Positions 21,203-32,345 of a stretch of DNA of 64,000 nt are shown here, piece after piece. Both the position numbers and the translations under genes were made by a program. The DNA is taken from assembly GCA_963740355.1 (NCBI GenBank), contig CAVUDW010000003.1, positions 480,001-544,000 on the forward strand, written 5' to 3'. Within the stretch, counting starts at the first letter, position 1; every line of letters begins with the position of its first letter. The DNA comes from an uncultured Gemmatimonadaceae bacterium. GTDB lineage: Bacteria; Gemmatimonadota; Gemmatimonadetes; Gemmatimonadales; Gemmatimonadaceae. The notes beneath the pieces were generated by a model. That model ran no database searches and was not told the DNA's origin. It worked only from the letters and a program-made list of their open reading frames with translations.

Positions 21203-21244
21203 CCGGCACCGTGCCCGCAGTGCATTCTGCGGGCACGGTGCCGG
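21203..21244. repeat. Perfect 18-bp inverted repeat with 6-bp spacer (terminator or recombination site)
   Basis: CCGGCACCGTGCCCGCAG-TGCATT-CTGCGGGCACGGTGCCGG. Confidence 0.9.
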
Positions 21245-21289
21245 TCTCACTGGTGCTCCGCGCACGGCTTGTTGCACGTGCCGCGAACG

Positions 21290-21553
21290 TCAGAGGCTGT
21301 CGTCGACTCCGCGGATCGTCGACAGATGCTGTCGGATGAGGCTCGCATCACCATGTACCAGACCATGGACGCCCGTCTTTCGTTTCTTGAGGTCGAGCGC
21401 CTGCACCCAGTAGTGACGCAGCGCCGCATCATCGGAGGGAAGGAGCCGACGGCGGAGCGTCTTCACGCACACGCCAACGAGGACTGCGATTTCAGACAGC
21501 GTGAGTCGGCCTGGGCCGGCGGAGCGCCTGCGGCGCGGATTCTGTGAGGGCAT
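21290..21553 (-). CDS. Small HTH DNA-binding protein (excisionase-like)
   Basis: LTLSEIAVLVGVCVKTLRRRL HTH pattern; 87 aa, basic; convergent with the recombinase. Confidence 0.55.
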   Translation of the reverse strand: MPSQNPRRRRSAGPGRLTLSEIAVLVGVCVKTLRRRLLPSDDAALRHYWVQALDLKKRKTGVHGLVHGDASLIRQHLSTIRGVDDSL

Positions 21554-21630
21554 GGTGAGGGTGTACGGGGGCTGACGGGCTCACCGCAACAGTCACCCGG
21601 TCCACGCGCTCGAGGGGGCGCAGAGGCGCG

Positions 21631-21909
21631 TCAGCTACGGGCGCGACGGAGCACCATGTTCCATGTCGTCGCGCCCAACAGCGCTGCGGCACCGGCGTAA
21701 ATCATATGCATCGCCGGAAAACCGTGGACGAGGATCACCCCGCTTGCCATCGAGACTCCACCCGCCGTGCCAAGCAGCAGCGGGCCGACCTTTCCATGAC
21801 AGCGTTGCCCGTGCCAGAATCCCCATGTCGCAACGACCAGCGAGGCGAGCATCAGCGGCCAGAGCACCGCATCGTTCCGCAGAAAGTCGAGCCCCAGCGC
21901 CGTGACTAA
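21631..21909 (-). pseudogene. MerC-like membrane protein, 5'-truncated
   Basis: LVTALGLDFLRNDAVLWPL...HG..GPL.LG; in-frame stop just upstream, N-terminal Cys-containing helix absent. Confidence 0.55.
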
Positions 21910-22034
21910 TCGTCAGTGCGTATCGCGAACCCTGCAACGAAAGGGCAACGGAGTTCGAGTGCGCCGGTTGGACGCTGAGGCGCATCGCTGCAGGAGCGTA
22001 TCGGCCGCATGGACCGATGCGCCCCTGAACTCGA

Positions 22035-22406
22035 TTACGCCGCCGCCATCGTGCGGCAGGCCTCCGCGCACTTACGGCATGCTTCGGCACAGATGCGGCA
22101 ATGGTCGTGCTGCGCCGAGTGCTTCTCGCACTCAGCCGCGCAGGCATCGCACGCGTCGGCGCACGCGGCACACATGATTGACGAGAGTGGGCCGCCGCGT
22201 GCCATCACACGTACAGCGGCCGAACACACCTCGGCACAGTCGCGGTCGAGACGGATGCACGCGAGCAGCATGGCGTTATCCGACTCCGCCAGACAGGCGT
22301 CGGAGCACATTTCGCACGCGACGAGACACGCTACGCACGCCTCGATGCACTCATGGTTCTTCGCTCCAGCGCCGTGCAGATACGTCTTGAGTTCGATTGC
22401 CGTCAT
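22035..22406 (-). CDS. Cys-rich four-helix-bundle copper storage protein (Csp3/DUF326-like)
   Basis: Repeated CxxxCxxC (CIEACVACLVACEMCSDAC; CAACADACDACAAEC; HCRICAEACRKCAEAC). Confidence 0.9.
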   Translation of the reverse strand: MTAIELKTYLHGAGAKNHECIEACVACLVACEMCSDACLAESDNAMLLACIRLDRDCAEVCSAAVRVMARGGPLSSIMCAACADACDACAAECEKHSAQHDHCRICAEACRKCAEACRTMAAA

Positions 22407-22477
22407 GAAATGCTCCGCAGTGAATCGTGATGTGATGTCGCTCTATGTGGTACGAGCACCGCCGTGATCAGACTGTA

Positions 22478-23005
22478 CTACTTCCTGTGCTTCATGGCCT
22501 CCTCATGGATCGCGGCGAGATGCGTGATGCGCATCTCGTGCGCCGGCATCATTGCAGCCAGCCCCGTCGCACTCATGCCTGACATCTGCTTCAGATCGGT
22601 ACGGAGAGAGTCGCTGAGCGCACTCCACGCTGGCGTGCGGGTCATCTTCATGCTGCGCATCTGCTCGGTCATCTGCGACAACATGCCGTCGACCATCTTC
22701 TTGTGGTCCGGCAGCATGGACTTCATCATCGCATTATCGGCACCCTTCATGGCGGCCATGTGCGCGGTCATCGCGGCGGACATCCCAGGCATCGACGACC
22801 TGGACGACATTGCAGACATGCTGTCGGTTCCGCGTGGCGGCATCATGCCATTCATGCCACCCATGACACCCGAATCGCCGCGCATGCTATTCGCGGACAT
22901 CGCTGCTCCGCTGTCCGTTCGCGCGCCATCGTTCTTGCCGCACGCGGCCATCAGCGGCAGCACCGCGACAATCGTCCAGCTGAGAAGGCTTGATCGTGCC
23001 ATCAT
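22478..23005 (-). CDS. Met-rich lipoprotein, putative periplasmic Cu/Ag binder
   Basis: Lipobox LMAAC; very high Met content; paralog at 33316-33825. Confidence 0.7.
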   Translation of the reverse strand: MMARSSLLSWTIVAVLPLMAACGKNDGARTDSGAAMSANSMRGDSGVMGGMNGMMPPRGTDSMSAMSSRSSMPGMSAAMTAHMAAMKGADNAMMKSMLPDHKKMVDGMLSQMTEQMRSMKMTRTPAWSALSDSLRTDLKQMSGMSATGLAAMMPAHEMRITHLAAIHEEAMKHRK

Positions 23006-23125
23006 GTTATTCTCCGGTCAAAAGACTGCGAGACCGCATTGCCCGAAGGCGTCAGTATGACGCCGTGCGTCGACGGCAGGTGCGATGCCTGGCAGGGAGA
23101 TCCACGCTCGCCTCGACATGCTTCT

Positions 23126-23140
23126 TTTACGACGCATAAA
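23126..23140. promoter_or_regulatory. Operator TTTACG-ACG-CATAAA
   Basis: Matches five other copies; about 120 bp upstream of the Met-rich lipoprotein. Confidence 0.7.
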
Positions 23141-23619
23141 CGCGGCCATCGCTTCACATCCGTACATGTGCACCGGCCCCATGTGTCCGTCACGGCATCG
23201 GTCCGCATCATGTACGCACGCCGAGATAGGTGCGCTCCGGCATGCGTCTGGTGTGCTGGGACCTGAGACGTGCAGCACGTGCACACCGGAAGGCCGAACG
23301 GCGAGCCGGCATCGGTGACGCCAACGCTGCGCGCGACGCACAGCGAACCTCGTATCGCAAGTGCATATGGACATGTGCGCTGGGGAGATCGCGACCACGA
23401 GCGCGGATGGCTTTGGCGTTGACCACCGGCGTCAGCAGCACACCAATGGTGCAGGCGCAGACGCAGCAAGCGGAAGCGCAGCATGAGTGAATGGTGCGTC
23501 GCGCACGAGCGCATGACTCATCATCTCGTTGACGAGTACGGTGACCGACGTCAGTGGTGGTACGATTCGAGTATGCCTGCCCTATTGCCTCATGGGACGA
23601 TTCGCCCACCGACTACCGT

Positions 23620-24960
23620 GTGACGACGACGGTAGCTCAACCCGACATCGACGACGCGCTGCTCGACACGATTGAATGCCGCGCTCTCTGCTACTTCCTC
23701 GACATGGCACATCCGCTGACCGGCTTGGTCGCGGACAGCACGATGCCCGACACCGTCTGCAGCATTGCGGCGGTCGGCATGGCCCTCGGGGCGTACCCCG
23801 TCATGGTGGAGCGTGGACTGCTGTCGCGGGACGAGGCGGTCGAGCGTACCCTGCGCGTCCTTCGCTTCTTCCGCGACAGCCCGCAGGGCGAGGCTGCGGA
23901 CGCGACCGGGCATCGGGGCTTCTACTACCACTTCCTCGACATGGAGACGGGCCGACGGGCGTGGCGCTGCGAACTCTCGACCATCGACACGGCCCTGCTC
24001 CTCGCTGGTGCCCTTGCCGCTGCGTGCTACTTCGATGGGGACGCCGGGGGCGAGCCGGAGATTCGCACCGTCGCCGACGCGCTCTACCAACGAGTGGATT
24101 GGCACTGGGCACTGAATGGCGAACGAACGCTCACACACGGATGGCGACCGGAGTCGGGTTTCCTGCCCTACCGCTGGCGTGGATACGACGAGGCGCTGAT
24201 TCTGTACGTCCTTGCACTCGGCTCGCCGACGCACCCGATTACCGCCGACTGCTACACGGCGTGGTGCGCGACGTATGCGTGGAAATGCATCGACGGCCAC
24301 TGGCTGCTCTACGCCGGCCCGCTCTTCATTCACCACTTCTCCCACCTCTGGATCGATTTCCGTGGGATCCACGACGCGTTCATGCGTGACAAGTGTGCCG
24401 AGCTCGGCACGCCGTTCGACTATTTCGAGAATTCCCGCCGCGCCACACTCGTCCAAGGAGGCGTACGCCGTCCGCAACCCGCTCGGCTTTGCCGGCTATT
24501 GCGACTGCTGCTGGGGATTCACTGCCTGTCATGGCCCCGGCCCGGTCACGGAGGTCGTAGACGGCGTGGAGCGCCGGTTCCTCGGGTACAGCGCGCGCGG
24601 TGCGCCGTACGGGCCGGACGACGGTACGATTGCGCCGTGGGCGGCGGCCACCTCGCTCCCATTCGCCCCGGAGGTCGTGCTCCCCACGCTCCGCCGATTT
24701 CATGCGCTCCATGTTGGGGAGCGCAGCCGCTACGGGTTCGAGTCCGCATTCAACCCCACGTTTCCGGGGCAGGATGACGACGGAGGCGGCTGGACATGCC
24801 CCTGGGTCTACGGCATCGACCAGGGCGCGCTCGCGCTGATGTTCGAGAACCACCGCACGGGGCTCGTCTGGGATCGGCTACGGCGCTCGCCCCACCTGCG
24901 GGCCGGACTCCGTCGCGCCGGGTTCGACGGCGGGTGGTTGGACGCGCTGGCCGACTCCCG
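23620..24960 (+). pseudogene. Glycoamylase-like (GH144-related) protein, frameshifted near 24458
   Basis: SIAAVG, GFYYHF, ELSTIDT, W.GYDEA, GPLFIH, then second frame WGFTA, DDGTIAP, YGIDQG. Confidence 0.8.
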
Positions 24961-25042
24961 CCAGCGCCGTCAGTCCAGCTGCACAACCATCGCACTCGAC
25001 CTTGTCCTCGTCATCCTCACCACTCCTTCAGGCTCCATCGCC

Positions 25043-26122
25043 ATGACTGATCCTCGAACCATCCGCGTCGCCGTCAACGGCTACGGCGTCATCGGCAAGC
25101 GCGTCGCCGACGCAGTCGCTCTTCAGAACGATATGACGCTGGCCGGCGTCGCCGACGTGGCGACGGACTGGCGCGTCGCCGTGGCCCGCGCCAAGGACTA
25201 TGCACTATACGGTGCAACGCCCGAGCACACCCTAGCGATGACGGAGGCCAAGCTCGACCCGCCGGTCCCCTCGATGACCTGCTGAACGCTGCTACATCGT
25301 CGTGGACTGCACGCCGAAAAAAGTGGCCGCCCAGAACATCGCGCGCTATCGCGAGCGCAAGATTCGATTCATCCTGCAAGGTGGCGAACAGCACGCGGTC
25401 ACGGGGCACTCGTTCACGGCCAGAACGAACTACCACTCCGCACTCGGGCGCCACAGCACGCGTCGTGGTCGTGCAACACTACCTCGACGGTACGGACGCT
25501 CGCCGCGCTCAAGCGGCAGGTCTGCTCAAACGAGCGCGCGGCACGTTGCTGCGCCGTGCCACCGACCCGTGGGAGGCCACGCTCGGCGGCATCGTGAACA
25601 CCCTCGTCCCCGAGCCGGAAATTCCCAGCCATCAGGGTCCCGACGCGCAAACCGTCGACCCCGATCTCGATGTGGTGACGATGGACGGTCGAGGTGCACG
25701 GAGACCGTTGCGCATCTGCACTACTCTGGGCCGTGCAACTCACGCGAACGGCCTCGAAGGATGAGGTGCTCGCTGCCTTCCGCACCTCGACCCGCATTGC
25801 GTTCATGCACACGTCCGACGGTCTCGTCGCACTGAATTCAGTCAAGGAGCTGATGTCTGATCTCGGTCGACCCAACGCCAACCTCTACGAGGTCGCACTC
25901 TGGGCGGACATGCTGACTGTGCAGGGGGACGAGGCGTTCTACGCGTACATGGTCGATAATCAGGCCATCGTCATCCCCGAGACCATCGACGCCATCCGAG
26001 CGCTCACGGAACAGGAGGCGGACGGCGCGGAGTCGATCCGGAAGACCAATGCCGCCCTCGGTATCACGGGGCGATTGGTGCCCGAGTCAGGGCGTCACGT
26101 GGGCCCAGCGACGGTGATCTAG
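25043..26122 (+). pseudogene. Type II (archaeal-type) glyceraldehyde-3-phosphate dehydrogenase, several frameshifts
   Basis: VAVNGYGVIGKRVADAV, VDCTP, QGGE, SCNTTS (about 25470), RRATDP, PSHQGPD, NQAIVIPETIDAIRA spread across frames. Confidence 0.85.
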
Positions 26123-26162
26123 CCACGACTACCCCGCGTTCGATGCCAGCATAGTCGTCGTG

Positions 26163-28440
26163 TCAGCGGCTCTGCCACGGCGTCCACCGCCAGTCGCGCA
26201 CCTCTTTCATATCCTCGCCATGCTCGATCACGTACTCCCTGTGGCGGGCGATGGTGGCATCGTATCGCGCCGTGGCCCCGGCAACGAGATGCTGCAGTCG
26301 TGGAATGCGGCGGATCGCGTCCAACGCCAGGCGGTAGCGATCGACCTCGTTCAGCACGACCTGATCGAACGGTGTCGTCGTCGTGCCTTCGTCGATGTAG
26401 CCGCGAACGTGAATGTTCGCGTGGTTGGTCCGGCGATGCGTCAGCTTGTGGATCATCGCCGGGAAGCCGTGAAACGCGAAGATCAGGCGTGTCGGTCGTG
26501 AACAGCGCGTCGAACTGGCGATCGTCCAGGCCGTGGGTGTGCTCGCTGCCCGGCTGGAGCACCATCAGGTCGACGACATTGACGACGCGGACGCGCAGGT
26601 CGGGGACATAGTCGTGCAGCAACATGACGGCCGCCAGCGCCTCAAGCGTCGGCACGTCACCGGCGCAGGCCATCACGACCTCGGGCTCGCCCGCATCGCT
26701 GGCCCAGTCCCAGATACCCGCGCCCGCGGTGCAGTGGCGGACCGCTTCGTCCATCGTCAGCCACTGCCATTCGGGCTGCTTGCCGGCGATGATCAGTTGA
26801 CATAGCCTCGGCTGCGTAGCGCGTGATCGGCGACCGACAGCAGGCAGTTCGCATCCGGCGGCAGATAGATACGCGCGACGTCGGACGTTCGGTTGGCGAT
26901 ATGATCGATGAAGCCGGGGTCCTGGTGCGACTGGCCATTATGGTCCTGTCGCCAGACGTGAGAGGTCAGCAGATAGTTGAGCGACGCGACGGGCCTGCGC
27001 CACGCGATCCCGTTGCTGACCTTCAGCCACTTCGCATGCTGGTTGACCATCGAATCGACGATGTGGACGAACGCTTCGTAGCACGAGAACAGCCCGTGCC
27101 GCCCGGTCAGCAGATACCCCTCCAGCCAGCCCTGGCACAGATGCTCGCTTAGTACCTCCATCACGCGGCCATCCTGCGCGAGGTTGATATCAAGCGGCTG
27201 GGTTTCGGCCATCCACGTCTTGCCCGACACGGCATAGGTTGCGTCAAGCCGGTTCGACGCGGTCTCGTCAGGGCCGAACAGGCGAAAGTTTGCCGCGTCG
27301 AGGTTGAGCTTCATGACTTCGCGCAGGTACGAGCCGAGCACTCGGGTCGCCTCAGCCGACGTCGCGCCGGGCGCAGGGAAGCGCAACCGCATAGTTTCGA
27401 AAATCGGGCAGCGAGAGTGGCTTCAGCAGCGTCCCGCCATTGGCATGCGGGTTCGATCCCATCCGCCGTCGTCCGGTTGGCGCGAGCGAGGCATAATCCT
27501 CGCGCGCCTGTCGTCGTCGAACAGCTCGCCGTGCCTGTAGCTTTGCATCCAGTCTTCGAGCAACTCCAGGTGGCCGGGCTTGCTGAAATCCGAGATGGGT
27601 ACCTGGTGCGATCGCCACGTGCCCTCGACCGGCTTGCCGTCGACAAACTTCGGGCCGGTCCAGCCCTTCGGCGTTCCAAAGACGATCATCGGCCAGCGCG
27701 GGCGTCAGCGCAACTTGTACCGATCCCGGCCCAAGCGCCCGGCTGACTCGCGCTTATCTGCGCCAGTACGATGTCGAGTGTTCCGGCCAGCTGTTGGTGG
27801 AAGGCGTCGGATCGTCCCTTCAACAAAATGCGGCTCATAACCGTAGCCGCCAAACAGGGCGATCAGTTCGAGGCGGGGGATACGCTCAAGCATCGTCGGA
27901 TTGGCGATCTTGAAGCCGTTGAGTGCAGGATCGGCAACACTGCACCATCGCGGGCTGGGTTCAGGAATTTGTTGGAGTGCCAGCTGCCGGCCAACGCAGC
28001 CGTCTCAGCCTCGCCGTCACCAATAACGCAAGCGACGATCAGGTCCGGATTGTCAAACGCAGCGCCATAGGCATGCGCAAGCGAATAGCCGAGTTCGCCA
28101 CCTTCATGGATAGATCCGGGAATTTCGGGCGACACATGGCTCGATACGCCACACGGCCACGAAATTGGCGAACAGGCGATGCATACCGTCGCGGTGGCGC
28201 TTGATCGCCGGATAGGTCTCGGTATAGGTGCCCTCGAGATAGGTATTGGCGACGAGCCCCGGGCCGCCGTGACCGGGTCCGATGACGTAGATCATGTCCA
28301 GATCGTGCTCGACGATCAGCCGGTTGAGATGGACGTAAAGCAAGTTGAGACCCGGCGTCGTACCCCAGTGGCCGAGCAGACGCGGCTTGATGTCGGCCAG
28401 CGTCAGCGGCCGTTCGAGCAGCGGATTGTCGCGGAGGTAT
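26163..28440 (-). pseudogene. xfp: Phosphoketolase (xfp/xpk), many frameshifts, N-terminus lost
   Basis: [82 protein letters not shown] in alternating frames. Confidence 0.9.
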
Positions 28441-30642
28441 CGCGACGACGATGGTGCTCACGGACATCAGAATGGCGCCGACCGCCGGCGTCAGCACGAT
28501 GCCCCACGGCGCCAGCACACCCGCTGCGAGCGGAATCGCGACAATGTTGTAGCCCGCCGCCCACCACAGATTCTGGCGCATCTTGGCATACGTGGCGCGC
28601 GAGAGGTTGATGATGCGCGGCACATCGCGGGGATCGCTGCGCACCAGCACGATGTCGCCTGCCTCCACCGCGACGTCGGTCCCCGCGCCAATCGCGATAC
28701 CCACATCAGCCGTCACCAGCGCCGGTGCATCGTTCACCCCGTCGCCGACCATCGCCACGCGCTTGCCCTGCGCCTGCAGCTTCTGAATCTCCGCCGCTTT
28801 GCCTTCCGGCAACACCTGAGCAAGGACCGTGGTGATGCCAACCTCGTGTGCCACGGCGTCGGCGACGGCCTTTGCATCACCCGTCATCATCACGACCTCG
28901 ACACCCGCGTCCTGCAGCTGCTTCACGGCATCTGCGGCCTCTGGACGAATCGCGTCGGCCACGGCAAAGCTGGCGAGGACGACCGTGCCTTCGACGAGCG
29001 ATATCACGGCTTGCCCGAGTGCCGCCGCCTCGGTCGCGAACTCTCCGAACTCCGGTGCCGGCGAGACCTTGAGATCCGCCAGGAGGTTGGGGCCACCGGC
29101 CGACAGCGACCCGCCGGACACAGTGGCACTCACGCCACGGCCCGGAATCGTCGTGAAGTTCGTCGCAGCAGGCACCTCGAGCTTCCGATCCGCCGCGCTC
29201 TGCACGATGGCCTTCGCGACGGGATGCTCGGCATCGCGTTCCATGGAGGCTGCCAGACGCAGCGCCTCGTCCTCGCTGAGTCCTGACGTCGTGCGCACGC
29301 CCACGACACGGTGCTGGCCAAGTGTCAGGGTTCCCGTCTTGTCAAACACCACCGCCGTCAGGTTGCGCGCCTCTTCGAGGCCACGCCGGTCGCGAATCAA
29401 CAAGCCGTTCCTGGCGCCCATCGTCGTGGAAATCGCGAGCACGAGTGGCACCGCGAGGCCGAGCGCATGCGGGCACGCAATCACAAGCACCGTCACCAAT
29501 CGCTCGACGGCGGTGGCGAGCGTCGCACCGGACAGCAGCCACGCGGCGAAGGTGATGGCTCCGGCACCGAGCGCGACCCAGGTCAGCCAGAACGCCGCAC
29601 GATCCGCCAGCACCTGCGCGCCCGACTTCGACTTCTGTGCCTCAGCGACGAGGCGCATGATACCCGCCAGCGCGGTACGATCACCGGTACCCGTCACCGT
29701 GACCCGCAGAGAGCCGGCGCCGTTCACCGTACCGGCAATCACCTTCGCCTGTGCGGTCTTCTCGACCGGTGCCGATTCACCAGTGATCAGCGACTCATCG
29801 ACCTTACTCGTGCCGGACACCACCACACCATCGGCCGGCACATTCGCGCCCGGTCGCACGAGTACGGTATCGCCATCGTGCAGCTCGCTAATCGGCACGT
29901 CCTCGGTGGTCTCGGCACTGCCTTCACCGGTCACACGGACGGCCGTTGTCGGCAGCAACTTCGCGAGTTCGCCGAGGGCGCCTTCTGCCTGCGCCACCGA
30001 GCGCATCTCGAGCCAATGCCCGAGCAACATGATCGTGATCAGTGTTGCCAGCTCCTCCCACAACGGCATGGCGGGAAAGCCGAGGGCGACTGCTGCGCTG
30101 AATACAAAAGCCACGCTGATGGCGAGCGCAATCAGCGTCATCATGGCGGGCTGGCGATCCTTGATCTCGCCGACAGCACCGCGCAGAAACGGCGCGCCGC
30201 CGTAGACGAACAGCGCCGTGCCGAAGAGCGCCGGGATCCAGTGCGACCCAGTGAACGACGGCGGTGTGAAGCCCAGCGCGTCCGGGAGCATGTGCCCCCA
30301 GATCAGCGGCGGAATGGTCAGTGCAAGCGAAATCCAGAACTTGTCGCGGAACATCGCGACCGAGTGGCCAGCATGCTTGTCGTGGCCAGCGTGTTCGTCG
30401 TGCCCACCGTGCCCGGCGTGCGGATCAGGCGTCGTGTGCGTCGCCCCCCGTTTCATGCCGTGATCGGTGGCCATCTCGTGGCCCGCGTGCGTCTCTTGTG
30501 CGGTGTCGGTGTTCGGACTCGCCGTCGCGACCGTCTTCGGGGCCTCGGTGTGCCCGTCATGATCCGCATTCGGCGACACGCCGGACGCATCGACCGTCGA
30601 CGGAACGTCAAGCACGTGCGGTAGTCCATCTGGCTCACTCAT
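28441..30642 (-). CDS. copB: His-rich P1B-type copper ATPase (CopB-like), last about 10 residues replaced by fusion into xfp
   Basis: His-rich N-terminus, [28 protein letters not shown], MSxST. Confidence 0.88.
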
Positions 30643-30868
30643 GCGCTCGCCACCGGCAGAAGAACATGATGCGCGTCGTGCGGCCAGAATGCTCGGCGCG
30701 CGACGGCAGCAAGACTACCAGTCTACACGATGACGAGACGCATCCTTGGCTGTGCTTGCCACACTCACGCGCGAAGATGCGTCGCGGAGACTTATCGGTG
30801 TAGGTGCGCGAGTGCGTCCACGTCATCGCGCGCGACGACGACCGGATCGACGGGACGAGCACATTGAT

Positions 30869-31138
30869 TCATCGCCCCTCGATATCCCGTTCCCCTGGGA
30901 CGACACGCGTACGCCGGCCTTCGCCCGGGTGACTGATCGCCTCGTACAGGCGTTCACCTTTGAGCAGCAACTCCTGCATCAAGCCGGTGAACTCGACGGG
31001 CGTGAGCTCGCTGGCCGTTTGGGGGACCAGGCCTTTGAGCAGCGCGATTCGGTCCGCGAGCGGGAGTTGATTCGCATGGTCGATCAGCGCACGCAAGGCG
31101 GTGTAGTTGAGATTCGCGGTCTCTGCACTCGTCGTCAT
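30869..31138 (-). CDS. Hypothetical helical protein
   Basis: 89-aa ORF co-oriented 6 bp after copZ. Confidence 0.6.
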   Translation of the reverse strand: MTTSAETANLNYTALRALIDHANQLPLADRIALLKGLVPQTASELTPVEFTGLMQELLLKGERLYEAISHPGEGRRTRVVPGERDIEGR

Positions 31139-31144
31139 CGTCGC

Positions 31145-31351
31145 TTACCCCGCCGCGACGGCAAATCCCGCCTGCACAATCGCGTCACGCAGCGCGGCAG
31201 GATTCGTGGATTCGGGGTCATACGTCACTGCGGCGGCACCAACTGTCACGTTCGTGTCGGTCACACCGGGCACGTTCGTGAGCGCGCGACGAACACTGTT
31301 CACGCACCCGCCACAACTCATTCCTGTGATCGATATTGTTGTCTGCTCCAT
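31145..31351 (-). CDS. copZ: Copper chaperone (HMA domain)
   Basis: GMSCGGC motif; 68 aa; GGAG RBS. Confidence 0.92.
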   Translation of the reverse strand: MEQTTISITGMSCGGCVNSVRRALTNVPGVTDTNVTVGAAAVTYDPESTNPAALRDAIVQAGFAVAAG

Positions 31352-31631
31352 TGCTGTCTCCGGTCGTGACGCTGGATGAGCGTACAGGCACTAACACGGC
31401 TCTCGCCTCAACAAGGTACCGTCTGCAGCATTACCCGCTCGTCACGAGCTTCGGTCCACGACGCATCATCCGCGGTCATGAACAATGCATGTGCACGCTG
31501 ATCTGGCGACGCGTCGACGGCGAACGAGCCCTACCGCTGGAATCGCGTATCGGTACGGCTGCCACGTGGAATACCCGCAGCGGTGGCCGGCAGCATCGTC
31601 GCGCACAAGACGACGCGAGGCTCTCCAGCCC

Positions 31632-32087
31632 TCAGCGGTCGAGATCGCGGATCAGTTCCTTCATCTCGGCGATCTCGCGCACCTGTGCCTCGATGATCCC
31701 GTCGGCCAGTTTCCGGACGCGGGGATCGGAAATGTGCGCGCGCTCGCTCGTCAGGATGGCAATCGAGTGATGTGGGATCATCGCCTTCATCCACGACACA
31801 TCTGTCACCGTGGCCTGGCTCCGCACGAGCCAGAGCGCGACGGTAAACACCAATGCGCTCCCGCCAAGGATCCAGGCGTTCAGTCGAGTATAGCTGTACA
31901 TGCCGCGCATGGACACGAGCATGATCACTGCCATGGTGGCGCCCATCACGACTGCCATCCAGGCGCGTGTCTGGCTGAAGAACACATGGTCCAGCGCATA
32001 CGTATTCAGATACATCAAGCAGAACATGACCACGGTTGAGACCGTGATCATGCCAGCGAAGCGCCGGTACGGATTCGTTGAATTCAT
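31632..32087 (-). CDS. DUF305 domain membrane protein (copy 1)
   Basis: MIPHHSIAI...LA..II.AQ.REI.EM; N-terminal TM helices. Confidence 0.88.
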   Translation of the reverse strand: MNSTNPYRRFAGMITVSTVVMFCLMYLNTYALDHVFFSQTRAWMAVVMGATMAVIMLVSMRGMYSYTRLNAWILGGSALVFTVALWLVRSQATVTDVSWMKAMIPHHSIAILTSERAHISDPRVRKLADGIIEAQVREIAEMKELIRDLDR

Positions 32088-32175
32088 CCGCTAACTCCTT
32101 TGTATCGTCGAGGGATGATTGCGTGCCGCTGGCGCACCGAGCCAGCAGTGCGGTCGAGTGGCCGCTGGTGGGACG

Positions 32176-32338
32176 CTATAGCTCAGTGCGCCGCAGCAGT
32201 TGCACGTTCGCAGCCACGATGATCGTGGACGGTGACATCAGGCCGGCAGGTATCTGCAGGCGCTGTTGCGTGAGACATCGCGTGTCGCGCGTGCGTGTCG
32301 CATGTCATGGTGCTCTCGTACATCGCATGATCCTCCAT
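32176..32338 (-). pseudogene. Internally deleted copB remnant (first about 30 and last about 20 codons only)
   Basis: MEDHAMYESTMTCDTHARHAMSH resembles the copB copy 2 start MDEHAMHGHSMPADTPMGHGMSH; followed by LMSPSTIIVAANVQLLRRTEL*. Confidence 0.8.
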
Positions 32339-32345
32339 CAACGTT

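Noticed and set aside
23006..23620. Cys-rich ORFs upstream of the Met-rich lipoprotein
   Set aside because: Conflicting frames, no RBS or family motif; cannot support a gene.
24212..25285. Apparent glycoamylase-GAPDH fusion protein
   Set aside because: Lies in a frameshift-ridden block; GAPDH has its own ATG at 25043; a lost stop codon is more likely.
28039..28440. 134-aa C-terminal extension of CopB
   Set aside because: Out-of-frame read-through into the xfp remnant.
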